Below, one piece after another: positions 46,113 to 56,248 of a stretch of DNA of 64,000 bases. The DNA is from Cyclobacteriaceae bacterium. Lineage in GTDB: Bacteria > Bacteroidota > Bacteroidia > Cytophagales > Cyclobacteriaceae. Positions within the stretch are counted from its first letter, which is position 1. Each line of letters starts with the position of its first letter. The notes under the pieces are model-generated. The model was not told the origin of the DNA, did not search any database, and saw only the letters and a list, made by a program, of their open reading frames with translations. Made by a program: the position numbers and the translations under genes. The DNA lies in contig DASWHX010000046.1 in NCBI GenBank assembly GCA_036397995.1, forward strand, positions 14,763 through 78,762, written 5' to 3'.

Positions 46113-47345
46113 TTAATTTGCAAATTCCATAACAGATTCAAGCTGATTCCAAAAACCTGGATATGATTTGTTAATAACTGAGGGATTCTCAATCAAAACA
46201 TCAGTGAAGAGCATAAGAGGGGCAAATGCCATTGCCATTCGATGATCTTCATAAGTGCGGATTCGGATTTGCTTTGGTAGTTCACCAGAAATAGTTAAAA
46301 AGCTTAAAGAATATGAATTATCCTGATTTTTTAAAAATGCCACACCAATTTTTGAAAGTTCTTTTTGTATGGCTTTGATTCTATCGGTTTCTTTAATGGA
46401 GAGGGTATCCAATCCATTGAACTTTGCCCTTACTTTAAGTAAGGCACACAAAACTATAATAGTTTGAGCCAGGTCAGGATTTTCAATAAAATCGAAGATC
46501 TTTCTCTGTCTAAATTTAATCCTGGTCAACTCATATCCACCCGGAATAGGTCGAGATCGTACTCCGAAACCCTTCATAATTGAGATTAATTTTGCATCAC
46601 CCTGCCGTGGGTGATGGCTAAGACCAGTCAAAAGAATCCTTTTAGCGTTGGAAAGCCTGAACAATGAATACCAATAGCTTGCCGCTGACCAATCTCCATC
46701 TACTTTTACTTTACGCTTCCGGTATTTTCCCTCTTTGATAAAAATGCTACTTGCCTTCACAATTGGCTTTATTCCGAATTGCCCCATCAGCGAAGAAGTA
46801 AGCAGAATATAGGGTTTGCTAACAACCTTTCCTGCTAAAGTTATAGTTAGACCGCCGTCCAATTTTGGACCAATCATCATTAATGCCGAGATAAACTGAC
46901 TGCTTATGCCACCGCTTATTTGAACTTTATTTTTCCCCGAGTGCACAAAATCAGCAATTTCTATTGGAGGAAACCCTTTGCTGCCCAGATACTTAATGTT
47001 AGCACCTAACTTCTTAAATGCTTCCACCAGGTCCCCAATTGGCCTCTTATGCATTCTTTCTGAACCTTTCAATATTTTACGTTTGCCGGTAACAGCAAAG
47101 TAAGCAGTCAGAAATCTCATGGCCGTTCCGGCATCTCCAACGTCAATTGTTTTGCCTGAGTTGGTCAAAGCTCTTTGGAAAATAAGTGTATCCCGCGAGG
47201 AAGATAAATTCAGGAGGGTTGAAATACTACCCGACAATGCATTAATCATTAAATACCGGTTGCTTTCACTTTTGGAGGGCGGAAGAGTAATTTTTGCTCC
47301 TTCTTTTAATTGGGATTTTTTTAAGAGCAAGGATTCACTTTTCAT
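46113..47345 (-). CDS. aroA: 3-phosphoshikimate 1-carboxyvinyltransferase (EPSP synthase)
   Basis: 410 aa with ...LPPSKSESNRYLMINAL... and ...DHRMAMAFAPL... motifs. Confidence 0.9.
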   Translation of the reverse strand: MKSESLLLKKSQLKEGAKITLPPSKSESNRYLMINALSGSISTLLNLSSSRDTLIFQRALTNSGKTIDVGDAGTAMRFLTAYFAVTGKRKILKGSERMHKRPIGDLVEAFKKLGANIKYLGSKGFPPIEIADFVHSGKNKVQISGGISSQFISALMMIGPKLDGGLTITLAGKVVSKPYILLTSSLMGQFGIKPIVKASSIFIKEGKYRKRKVKVDGDWSAASYWYSLFRLSNAKRILLTGLSHHPRQGDAKLISIMKGFGVRSRPIPGGYELTRIKFRQRKIFDFIENPDLAQTIIVLCALLKVRAKFNGLDTLSIKETDRIKAIQKELSKIGVAFLKNQDNSYSLSFLTISGELPKQIRIRTYEDHRMAMAFAPLMLFTDVLIENPSVINKSYPGFWNQLESVMEFAN

Positions 47346-47457
47346 GATTAAGTAAAGTCAGAAAGGTTTAGTAGAATTTTTTCGTGCAAATTTGGCAACT
47401 TTTTTGCATATTTAGGTGTTAAATATAAATAACAAATCAAAGTTAATTAGAAAGTAA

Positions 47458-47637
47458 ATGGGTTCAACGGGTAAAGCTTTTGCGTTATTAGTAGGATTGG
47501 CAGCAGGTGCTGCGCTTACGGTATTCGCTTTTTCGAAAAAAGGGAAGAAAACTCGTGAAGAGATCGCAAGGAAGTTTAATGAAATTGCTGATGGAGTAAA
47601 AACTTCAGTCAGGAAAAGCCTGACAAAGGTATCTTAG
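47458..47637 (+). CDS. YtxH-like small membrane protein
   Basis: Absent from the ORF track (59 aa): MGSTGKAFALLVGLAAGAALTVFAFSKKGKKTREEIARKFNEIADGVKTSVRKSLTKVS*. It has a Gly/Ala-rich TM segment plus a KKGKKTREE motif as in YtxH proteins. Confidence 0.55.
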   Translation: MGSTGKAFALLVGLAAGAALTVFAFSKKGKKTREEIARKFNEIADGVKTSVRKSLTKVS

Positions 47638-48680
47638 GCTTTAACCAGATGATTGTAAAAAGAAAAACTTTTTTCAATTTCTTCAACGGAAACTTCAACA
47701 TTCACCTTCACCTTTCCAATTCCGGATATTAGGGTCATTAGTATCCGGCCTTCAATATTTTTTTTATCGTTTTTTAAATAATTCATAATTTCAGGCTGGC
47801 TCTCAGGTGAGATTTTTCTGCAACCGAAATTATGAACGATTAATTTGGAGATATCCTGCAAAGCCGGATCCGGTAAGCCCAGTTTGAGCGCAGATACAAA
47901 GCTTTCACACAAAAGGCCTGCGGCAACTGCCTCTCCGTGAAGAAGTTGGTTATTTTTTTCCATATAATAACTTTCGAGTGCATGCCCAATTGTATGCCCG
48001 AAATTAAGCGATTTTCTGACTTCTTCTTCAAAGGGATCCTGAACAACAAAGCTGTGCTTAATTTCAATACTCCTTTGGATGACCTTATCCCACTTGATTT
48101 CGTCAAAGGAGGTGGTAAGTAAATATTGAAAGTATCCATTATCCGCGATAAGGCTGTGCTTAATAATTTCCGCAAAGCCAGACTTTACATGTCTTTTATC
48201 CTGCGTTGATAAAAAAACAGGATCAATAATCACTGCAAAAGGTTCACTGAAAACACCCAGTTGATTTTTAAGGGACAAGAAATCAATGCCGGTTTTTCCA
48301 CCAATACTGGCATCCACCTGTGCCAGCAATGTTGTAGGAATATTAATAAATTCTATTCCCCTTTTAAAAGTTGCGGCGCAAAATCCACCCATATCGCAAA
48401 TTACACCCCCACCCAAATTGATTAGCAGGGAAGAGCGGTCAAAGCCTGCGTTAGTCATTGATGTCCATATGTGATTGCAGGTTTCCACGTTCTTATAAAC
48501 CTCCCCTGACTTAATTTCGATGATTCCGCAATGGCTTACGGCAGAAGAAATCAAAGGAAGGCAATGCTTTTTAGTATTTTCATCCACCAGAATTCCGGTT
48601 CTTGAAAAATGATTCTTTGAAAAAAACCCTTCAAGATCATTTGAAACGCTGGAAGTAAACATCAGATTTTCAGGTAGCAT
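47634..48680 (-). CDS. aroB: 3-dehydroquinate synthase
   Basis: The ...NLGGGVICDMGGF... and ...NFGHTIGHALE... motifs. Confidence 0.9.
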   Translation of the reverse strand: MLPENLMFTSSVSNDLEGFFSKNHFSRTGILVDENTKKHCLPLISSAVSHCGIIEIKSGEVYKNVETCNHIWTSMTNAGFDRSSLLINLGGGVICDMGGFCAATFKRGIEFINIPTTLLAQVDASIGGKTGIDFLSLKNQLGVFSEPFAVIIDPVFLSTQDKRHVKSGFAEIIKHSLIADNGYFQYLLTTSFDEIKWDKVIQRSIEIKHSFVVQDPFEEEVRKSLNFGHTIGHALESYYMEKNNQLLHGEAVAAGLLCESFVSALKLGLPDPALQDISKLIVHNFGCRKISPESQPEIMNYLKNDKKNIEGRILMTLISGIGKVKVNVEVSVEEIEKSFSFYNHLVKA

Positions 48681-48682
48681 TT

Positions 48683-49747
48683 CTACTTCGACTCTTTTTT
48701 GGAATTGATTGCGGTCTGAATCCTGATGGATTCCTCGTGAATAACTTTATACAACTCCTCAATAAATCTTGGGCTTAACCCCAAAACTTTTGCCCACTCA
48801 GGCCTGGATTTTAGAATTTCCTTCCAACGTTCAAGTTGAAAGACGGCCACATTATTTTCTTTTTTGTAGTCACCTATTTGCTCAACTAATTTCATTCTTG
48901 TTGAAAGAGCTTCTATGAGGTCCCGGTCTGCTATATTTATCTTTTCCCTTAACTCTTCGAGAAGATCAAGAAACAGTGGATCTGTAAAGTTTTCAGAACG
49001 TATTTCAAGTCTGTTCAATAGTTCACCAAGACTTGTGGGCGTTATTTGTTGTTCCGAATCGCTAAGCGCCGTTTCCGGGTCAGGGTGCACTTCTACCATC
49101 AAGCCATCATAATTAAGATCCATACTTTTTTGAGCAATTTCTAAAATCATACTTCTCTTTCCCGCTATATGACTGGGATCGCATATGAGAGGCAAATCCG
49201 GCCTTATTCTTCGCAATTCAAGAGGTATTTGCCAAAGTGGAATGTTCCTGAATCTGCTGGGTTGAAAACTTGAAAAACCCCTGTGAACCGCGGCAACGTC
49301 TTTGGTTTTCTTCTCTATTCTCTCTATGGATCCCAGCCATAAACCTAAGTCGGGATTGATAGGATTTTTTATCAGGACAGGCCTTTGAATTCCTGATAAG
49401 GCCTCGGCGATTTCCTGAACCACAAAAGGGTTTACTGAAGTCCGGGCCCCAATCCAAAACACATCGATTTCATATTTTAAAGCCTGTTCAACATGATAAG
49501 GATTTGCGATTTCCGTTGTCACCTTAATCTCAAATTCGTTGCGAATTTTGCCCAGCCATTCAAGCGCCAGAACTCCAAGGCCTTCAAATGTATCCGGTCT
49601 TGAGCGGGGTTTCCATGAACCTGCTCTTAACAAAGGAATGTTCATTTCCTTTAACGCTCCTGCCACAAGCGCTAATTGCTCATAGCTTTCTACGCTGCAT
49701 GGACCTGCGATAATAAAAGGTTTTTCTTTCCTGAAAAATGATTCCAA
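48683..49747 (-). CDS. bifunctional DAHP synthase (type I-beta, KDO8PS-like) / chorismate mutase
   Basis: N-terminal FIIAGPCSVES... and ...CDPSH... DAHPS motifs. The C-terminal approx 90 aa form an AroQ-type chorismate mutase helix pattern (...REKINIADRDLIEALSTRMKLVEQIG...). Confidence 0.85.
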   Translation of the reverse strand: MESFFRKEKPFIIAGPCSVESYEQLALVAGALKEMNIPLLRAGSWKPRSRPDTFEGLGVLALEWLGKIRNEFEIKVTTEIANPYHVEQALKYEIDVFWIGARTSVNPFVVQEIAEALSGIQRPVLIKNPINPDLGLWLGSIERIEKKTKDVAAVHRGFSSFQPSRFRNIPLWQIPLELRRIRPDLPLICDPSHIAGKRSMILEIAQKSMDLNYDGLMVEVHPDPETALSDSEQQITPTSLGELLNRLEIRSENFTDPLFLDLLEELREKINIADRDLIEALSTRMKLVEQIGDYKKENNVAVFQLERWKEILKSRPEWAKVLGLSPRFIEELYKVIHEESIRIQTAINSKKESK

Positions 49748-49819
49748 AATGATGAATGTTAACTAAAAACTAAGTTAGTTTTGGGAGATCGTACCTCCTA
49801 ATTAATAAGTAGATTCTTT

Positions 49820-49827
49820 TATATTTG
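49820..49827 (+). promoter_or_regulatory. possible -7 promoter box (TATATTTG) for the proline dehydrogenase gene
   Basis: It matches TAnnTTTG 22 nt upstream of the ATG at 49849 and overlaps the TTG that opens the ORF-track model. Confidence 0.35.
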
Positions 49828-49848
49828 CGCGATTCAAAACCCGGGTTG

Positions 49849-51030
49849 ATGGACTTAAAAACTTATGTAGATTTCGATAACACCGAGGTTGCTTTTTCTT
49901 CAAAATCAAACCGAAAACTTTTTAAAGCCAGGCTTTTGTTTTGGGTTGTAAATCATCCCTTTCTGGCAGCAATTTCAACAGGCTTGGTCAGAGTCGTTAT
50001 TTTTTTCGGACTGCCTGTAAATTGGATTATTAAGCCTACCGTTTTCGAACATTTCTGTGGTGGTGAAACCATTAAAGAGAGTGAAGGGTCAATTGCAGAA
50101 TTGGCATCATTCAATATTAAGACAATCCTGGATTACTCTGTGGAAGGCGAGGACTCTGAAGAGGATTTTGAAACAACCAAAAGAGAGACTTTAAGAACCA
50201 TTGAAAAGGCTGCCCAAAATTCAAACATGGCTTTTTGTGTTTTCAAACCCACCGGTTTAGCCAGTCAGATAATTATGGAAAAAGTTCAGCTCAGGAAAAA
50301 TCTAACTGATGAAGAAGGAAGAAACTGGCAAAAAGCCGCCGAAAGATTTGATGCAATTTGCAATGCAGCGTCTGAAATGAAGATTCCAATATTAATTGAT
50401 GCTGAAGACAGCTGGATTCAGGATCCCATTGATAAGCTAGCCATGGATTTGATGAGAAAGTATAACAGGGAGACTGCTATTGTATTCAACACTTATCAAC
50501 TTTATAAGAAGAATGCGTTGCAGGATCTAAAAAGAGATTGTGAAAGAGCCAGAACTGAAAAATTTTTTCTGGGTGCGAAGCTGGTTCGCGGTGCTTACAT
50601 GGAAAAAGAAAGAGAAAGAGCTGAAGAAAAAGGGTATCCTGATCCAATAAACGAATCAAAAGAAGATACGGACAGGGATTATAATGCTGCGTTAGAATTT
50701 TGCATTGAAAATATTGGGCAATTATACTTGTTTTCAGGTTCTCATAATGAATACTCAAATTATTACCTGACCCTTTTAATGGAAAAACAAGGATTGGCGA
50801 AGAATGACAAACGGATTTTTTTCGGCCAATTGTATGGTATGGGGGATCATATTTCTTTCAATTTAGCGGCCGCAGGTTATAATGTGGCAAAATATGTCCC
50901 CTTTGGGCCTGTCAAGTCAGTTATGCCCTATCTTTTCCGTAGAGCGGAGGAAAATACTTCCGTGAAAGGTCAGAGTTCCCGTGAACTTACCTTAATCCGT
51001 AAAGAAACACTTCGACGGAAGTCCGGATAG
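49849..51030 (+). CDS. proline dehydrogenase family protein
   Basis: PRODH-like (...FCGGETI..., ...LVRGAYMEKER..., ...FGQLYGM...). The ATG at 49849 is preferred to the TTG at 49825, which lies inside the promoter box. Confidence 0.85.
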   Translation: MDLKTYVDFDNTEVAFSSKSNRKLFKARLLFWVVNHPFLAAISTGLVRVVIFFGLPVNWIIKPTVFEHFCGGETIKESEGSIAELASFNIKTILDYSVEGEDSEEDFETTKRETLRTIEKAAQNSNMAFCVFKPTGLASQIIMEKVQLRKNLTDEEGRNWQKAAERFDAICNAASEMKIPILIDAEDSWIQDPIDKLAMDLMRKYNRETAIVFNTYQLYKKNALQDLKRDCERARTEKFFLGAKLVRGAYMEKERERAEEKGYPDPINESKEDTDRDYNAALEFCIENIGQLYLFSGSHNEYSNYYLTLLMEKQGLAKNDKRIFFGQLYGMGDHISFNLAAAGYNVAKYVPFGPVKSVMPYLFRRAEENTSVKGQSSRELTLIRKETLRRKSG

Positions 51031-51051
51031 GGCATTTTGGGGCAAAAGTAA

Positions 51052-51059
51052 TAACTTTG
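51052..51059 (+). promoter_or_regulatory. possible -7 promoter box (TAACTTTG) for lysS
   Basis: It matches TAnnTTTG 17 nt upstream of the lysS ATG. The spacing of the upstream TTTG (51036-51039) is too short for a canonical -33. Confidence 0.3.
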
Positions 51060-51075
51060 CAGTCAATTTTTAAGC

Positions 51076-52806
51076 ATGGAATTAAGCGAACAGGAATTAA
51101 TCAGACGACAGGCTAAAGCTGAATTGGAAAAGTTGGGAATAAATCCTTACCCACCTGAGGAATATCCGGTCACCACCACTTCCGGAGAGGTAACCAGCGG
51201 ATTTGAGGCGAATCCCGAAGCCTTTAAAGATCTAAGTATAGCCGGCCGAATCATGAGTCGGCGAATTATGGGGTCGGCGTCTTTTTTTGAGATTCAGGAT
51301 TCATCCGGTAGAATTCAGGCTTATGTTAGAAGAGATGATATATGCCCAAATGATGATAAAACTTTTTATAACACGGTATTCAAAAAACTCCTGGACATTG
51401 GAGACATTGTTGGAATTCATGGATTTGCTTTCAAAACGCAAACCGGTGAATTAACGATTCACGTAAGTGAACTCAAGATTCTCAGCAAGTCTTTGCGCCC
51501 GCTGCCAATTGTTAAAGAAACGGTAGAGGTTGATGGAAGCATAAAAGTGCACGACGCATTTAAAGATCCGGAGGCAAGATACAGGCAGCGATATGTTGAT
51601 TTAATCGTAAATCCGCAAGTTCGGGAAGTATTCAGGAAGCGAACCCGGCTTATGAATTCCATGCGGAGGTTTCTTGATGAAAAAGGATATCTTGAAGTTG
51701 AAACTCCCGTCCTCCAGCCCTTATATGGCGGGGCAGCTGCCCGACCCTTCAAGACTCATCACAATGCCCTCGATTCAACTTTGTATTTGAGAATTGCCAA
51801 TGAATTGTATCTAAAACGCCTGATTGTCGGCGGATATGACGGCGTCTATGAGTTCTCCAAAGATTTTCGCAATGAAGGTATGGATAGATTCCATAATCCT
51901 GAATTCACCCAGATCGAATTGTATGTTGCCTATAAGGATTACAATTGGATGATGGAATTGGTAGAAGCGATGATTGAAAAAGTTGCCTTGGATCTACACG
52001 GCACTACAGTGGTAACAGTTGGTGATAATAAAATTGATTTCAGGAAACCCTGGAAAAGATACTCCATGTTTGAAGCGATTCAGCATTTTACAGGCGTCGA
52101 CATATCTAAAATGGATGAACTTGAATTAAGAAAGACAGCTAAGGAAATGGGTATTGAAGTTGAAGCCACAATGGGCAAAGGGAAAATTATTGATGAGATT
52201 TTTGGTGAGAAATGTGAACCCAAACTAATACAACCTACCTACATAACAGATTATCCGCTTGAAATGTCACCGCTTGCAAAAAAGCACAGATCGGTTGATG
52301 GGCTGGTAGAAAGATTTGAAGCAATCGCTAACGGAAAGGAAATATGCAACGCGTTTTCCGAATTGAATGATCCGATAGATCAGCGTCAACGTTTTGAAAT
52401 GCAGTTAGAGCTGGGCTTAAGGGGGGATGAGGAAGCTATGATGATGGATGAAGACTATATAAGAGCGCTGGAATATGGAATGCCCCCAACCGCAGGGTTA
52501 GGAGTTGGTATTGACCGTCTAACCATGATGATGACCAATTCTCACTCTATCCAGGATGTTTTATTTTTCCCGCAAATGAAACCTGAGAAAAAACCCGGGG
52601 TTTCCAACGATGCCGAGCTCGAACAACTGGGAATAAATGCCGGACTGATTCCCGCAATCCGCAAATTAGGCATTAATACTATTCAGCAAATAAAATCTTC
52701 CAATCCAAACAAATTATTTAATGATGTTTGCGGAACGCGGAAGAAAATGAAATTAGATGTTGCCAACCCCACTTTAGAGGAAGTAAAAAAATGGATAGAA
52801 AGTTGA
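51076..52806 (+). CDS. lysS: lysine--tRNA ligase (class II) with approx 70-aa C-terminal extension
   Basis: OB-fold N-domain and class II motifs (...FRNEGMD..., ...[13 protein letters not shown]...). The core ends near ...[12 protein letters not shown]. Confidence 0.94.
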   Translation: MELSEQELIRRQAKAELEKLGINPYPPEEYPVTTTSGEVTSGFEANPEAFKDLSIAGRIMSRRIMGSASFFEIQDSSGRIQAYVRRDDICPNDDKTFYNTVFKKLLDIGDIVGIHGFAFKTQTGELTIHVSELKILSKSLRPLPIVKETVEVDGSIKVHDAFKDPEARYRQRYVDLIVNPQVREVFRKRTRLMNSMRRFLDEKGYLEVETPVLQPLYGGAAARPFKTHHNALDSTLYLRIANELYLKRLIVGGYDGVYEFSKDFRNEGMDRFHNPEFTQIELYVAYKDYNWMMELVEAMIEKVALDLHGTTVVTVGDNKIDFRKPWKRYSMFEAIQHFTGVDISKMDELELRKTAKEMGIEVEATMGKGKIIDEIFGEKCEPKLIQPTYITDYPLEMSPLAKKHRSVDGLVERFEAIANGKEICNAFSELNDPIDQRQRFEMQLELGLRGDEEAMMMDEDYIRALEYGMPPTAGLGVGIDRLTMMMTNSHSIQDVLFFPQMKPEKKPGVSNDAELEQLGINAGLIPAIRKLGINTIQQIKSSNPNKLFNDVCGTRKKMKLDVANPTLEEVKKWIES

Positions 52807-55383
52807 TTACCTGTCAAAGAAGCTTCGCCGTCTGTTGATTTTTAGATCCTGAAGCATGGAGGATTTAACTCTGATTGTAAAATCGTAAGATTCAAATCTG
52901 CCAAAAGGTGTCCATGTAAAAAGCATTTCCCAGCAGTGCAGGTTTCGCGTTAAAGAGAATTGAGTTTGAGTGAACTCCTTACTTTCAAAATCGTATCCCG
53001 ATGTAAATGTTATCATGGTGTTTTGAGTAATCCGCAAATCACCATTAAATGATAATGATTGAGTGATATTCGGATCTGCTAACCCTATTTTGCTTCGAGT
53101 AAGACTGTAATTGGCACTCAGATTCCATGGCAAATCGAAATCAACATACAGATTTGGATTGTTTAGCATAAACTCTTTCTCCGCGTCACCGGCCTTGGAT
53201 TTTTCTATTTTTTCCTTGGTTGAAAAAGTGGCGGGATTCAGGCTTGAGCTCAGGCCAATGGTTAATGAACTTAGTTGTCCGATTCCCTTTCCGTGCTCCC
53301 AGGTATACTCATCTAATTTTACCTGATTACCCGCATCGTCTTCTCTGTACACATAAGGATCTATTGAACCATTGATAGAGGCATTTAACTTGCCTCCGAA
53401 AAGACTTGTTGCAGTGGAGATGGAGATATTACTTAATCGATACCGCTCCGCGAGGAAATTATATCCTGAACTCACGGATAAATTATTAAGCAAGGTAACT
53501 TTTTTTGTTTTTTGCAAAGAATCACTTTTATCCAGCACTTTAGCTTCCAGGTTATTTCCCAGGCTGAACCCTATACTTCCGTTTCGTCCGGTTCCTGGTA
53601 CTCCATAAATTGCGGACTCGAACCTGTTAGCATATTTCAGGTTTCCATTTGCATCATCATACTGTTCATAATAACCGAATTTTTGCTTACCGAAATCAGG
53701 CCGGTAGGAAACAGAAACCGTGGGAATTAATGTATGCCTTATCGCTCTCAAATATCCTTTCTTAAACAACAACGTTCCATACAAACGCGTGGTCATGGAT
53801 GCATTTGTGGAGTAATCATATACTCTGTAAAAACCAGATGAAGTGTCTGATTTGACCTTGGTTTGCCCATCGTCCACATAATCAAATCTTTCAAAATACC
53901 ATCTTTCCGTGTAATTGAAACTGGGGGTAAGTGTAAAGAATTTAAACAAACTCATGCTGGTGGATATGGGAATGGAATGGCTCAGCCCTCTTTTAGCGGC
54001 ACCAAACAAGTCTCCCATGTTTTCAAAGTTGAAGGCAGAGACACTGTCTCTTGAAATTCTGTTGTTCAATTGGTTTCTGCCGGAAAGGGTATACCTGAAT
54101 TTAATTCGTTCAATAACATTCCGGGGACTTTGATTTCGTTTTCTAAATGGAAATTGGTCCTGCATGTTTACACTCAAATCGGGAAGTAAAAAGGTTACCT
54201 CCTTTGTTGTAAGGTTTTGAGTAAATCTACTATTCAATCCCATACTGAAGGGAGTCCCGGTAAATGACTTGGTATAAGAGATGGAAGAGTTGAGGGTTCT
54301 GTTGATGTTGTCTTCAATTTGCAAGGCATTGTTTTGATTAAATGTGTTTGTTGCAGCATTTATGTTGATTGAGAATCTACTTGAACCATAATTTTGGGGT
54401 GTATGAGACCAATTAATTCTAAAGTCTTTAGATACTGCTTCACGTCCTTCCTCGCCCAATTTCGTAGAAGTGTAATTCCACCTTAAGCTGCCGGTATATT
54501 TGTATCTTTTCTTATAGGTTGATGAACCATTAATCCCATAGCTGCCGGTGGTATAGGCGTCTCCGGTAACCGCGAAGTTCACATAATCATTGATAGCCCA
54601 AAAGAAACCGCCATTACGGACAAAAAATCCTCGGCGTACTTCTTCGCCATAAGTAGGAAATATAACACCGGAAGCCCTTTGATCAGGCGCCGGAAACATT
54701 CCAAACGGAAAACCTATTGGTGTGGGAACATCATTAATATTGAGATTAAACGGACCTGCCACAACTTTTTCCGATGGGACAACAATTAACCTTCGTGCCT
54801 GAATGTAATAATGGGGATGTTCAAGGTTGCATGTTGTATACTTTGCATTTCTAATATAAAGGTGATCCAGTTCATCTTTTTTCACTTCATCTCCATGCAT
54901 AAAACCCTCACTTTCTTCGGTAACCACTCCGGATATGTAAGCACGTTTCGATTTGAAATTATATTTGATGCCTGTAGTTTCATACCTCGATTCACCTTCC
55001 TGAAAAACCGGCTTGCCAATCATTTTTCCTGTTGAATCAATAACCGGATTTGCTATTAACAGGTTATCGTTATAATCCACCTCAATTCTCTCACCGGTGA
55101 GTACTATTTCGCCATACTCAATCCTTGCATTTCCATATAAATAAACATGCTTGGCGTCAACACTGAATCGAATGGAATCCACCGCGAAATATTTAACAGT
55201 TGTTTCAATATCTCCCTTTCGGACTACAGAATCTGCGCTAATAGAGTCATTAGGAGCATTTAGAGAGCTTTGGAGGGTATCAGCCTGATTCAGAATCGGT
55301 TTTTGGACAGGAATTTGTGCAAACCCTGTAAAACTGAATAGAAAAAATAGCAGGAAAGAAAAAGAAGTTCTTAAAATATACAC
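52807..55383 (-). CDS. LptD/OstA-like large outer-membrane protein
   Basis: Signal peptide, an OstA-like N-domain (...VYLYGNARIEYGEIVLTGERIEVDYN...) and an approx 700-aa beta-barrel-like C-terminal region rich in Y/F/N/S. Confidence 0.7.
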   Translation of the reverse strand: MYILRTSFSFLLFFLFSFTGFAQIPVQKPILNQADTLQSSLNAPNDSISADSVVRKGDIETTVKYFAVDSIRFSVDAKHVYLYGNARIEYGEIVLTGERIEVDYNDNLLIANPVIDSTGKMIGKPVFQEGESRYETTGIKYNFKSKRAYISGVVTEESEGFMHGDEVKKDELDHLYIRNAKYTTCNLEHPHYYIQARRLIVVPSEKVVAGPFNLNINDVPTPIGFPFGMFPAPDQRASGVIFPTYGEEVRRGFFVRNGGFFWAINDYVNFAVTGDAYTTGSYGINGSSTYKKRYKYTGSLRWNYTSTKLGEEGREAVSKDFRINWSHTPQNYGSSRFSININAATNTFNQNNALQIEDNINRTLNSSISYTKSFTGTPFSMGLNSRFTQNLTTKEVTFLLPDLSVNMQDQFPFRKRNQSPRNVIERIKFRYTLSGRNQLNNRISRDSVSAFNFENMGDLFGAAKRGLSHSIPISTSMSLFKFFTLTPSFNYTERWYFERFDYVDDGQTKVKSDTSSGFYRVYDYSTNASMTTRLYGTLLFKKGYLRAIRHTLIPTVSVSYRPDFGKQKFGYYEQYDDANGNLKYANRFESAIYGVPGTGRNGSIGFSLGNNLEAKVLDKSDSLQKTKKVTLLNNLSVSSGYNFLAERYRLSNISISTATSLFGGKLNASINGSIDPYVYREDDAGNQVKLDEYTWEHGKGIGQLSSLTIGLSSSLNPATFSTKEKIEKSKAGDAEKEFMLNNPNLYVDFDLPWNLSANYSLTRSKIGLADPNITQSLSFNGDLRITQNTMITFTSGYDFESKEFTQTQFSLTRNLHCWEMLFTWTPFGRFESYDFTIRVKSSMLQDLKINRRRSFFDR

Positions 55384-55458
55384 CCGTCTTTTCAGTTTTT
55401 AACAAAAATTTACAACTTTGTGTAAAGTTATTTCAATAACGATAAACATGGGAATATT

Positions 55459-56238
55459 GTGAAGAATATTACCGTAATTTCAATACTCTCCGCAATAATC
55501 TTGCTAGGCTCGTTTACTCCACTTGAACTCAGAAAAATGAAGGTGAGCAGGATTGTAGTGGATGCAGGTCATGGAGGTCAGGATCCCGGAACTCATGGCG
55601 ATTTTTCCAAAGAGAAAGATGTCGCATTGAAAATTGCCCTTAAATTTGGCAGATACGTAGAAACACTCCTGGATGAGGTGGAGGTTATTTATACCCGCAG
55701 TGATGACCGGTTCCTGGAACTGGAACAGCGCGCTCAAATAGCGAACAAGAACGGAGCTGATTTATTTATCTCGATTCATTGCAATGCTATACCCCGGACT
55801 GAAATACATGGAACCGAAACATATGTTATGGGTTTGGATAAAGTCGAAGGGAATCTGATGGTGGCCAAGCGGGAAAATTCTGTAATTCTTCAGGAGGATA
55901 ATTACGAAGAAGTTTATGAGGGCTTTGATCCTAATTCACCTGAAGCCAATGCAATCTTTGCCTTATATCAGTCCGCTTATTTGGAAAGCAGCCTGAAACT
56001 CGCGTACAAAGTGGAAACTCAGTTTAAAACGAGAGTAGGCAGATATAGCCGGGGAGTGAAGCAGGCTCCCTTTTGGGTATTATGGAGAACCTCAATGCCA
56101 AGTGTTTTGATAGAAACCGGCTATCTTACGAATCCAAATGAAGAAAAATTCTTGAATGATGAGCTAAAACAGGATTATATTGCGTCTGCAATATACCGGG
56201 CGTTCAGGGATTATAAAAAAGAGTTGGATTCAATGTAA
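55459..56238 (+). CDS. N-acetylmuramoyl-L-alanine amidase (Amidase_3)
   Basis: The VVDAGHGGQDPGT and ...SIHCNA... motifs. GTG start, because the only nearby ATG (55448) hits a stop after 4 codons. Confidence 0.85.
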   Translation: MKNITVISILSAIILLGSFTPLELRKMKVSRIVVDAGHGGQDPGTHGDFSKEKDVALKIALKFGRYVETLLDEVEVIYTRSDDRFLELEQRAQIANKNGADLFISIHCNAIPRTEIHGTETYVMGLDKVEGNLMVAKRENSVILQEDNYEEVYEGFDPNSPEANAIFALYQSAYLESSLKLAYKVETQFKTRVGRYSRGVKQAPFWVLWRTSMPSVLIETGYLTNPNEEKFLNDELKQDYIASAIYRAFRDYKKELDSM

Positions 56239-56248
56239 AAGTCATTTC

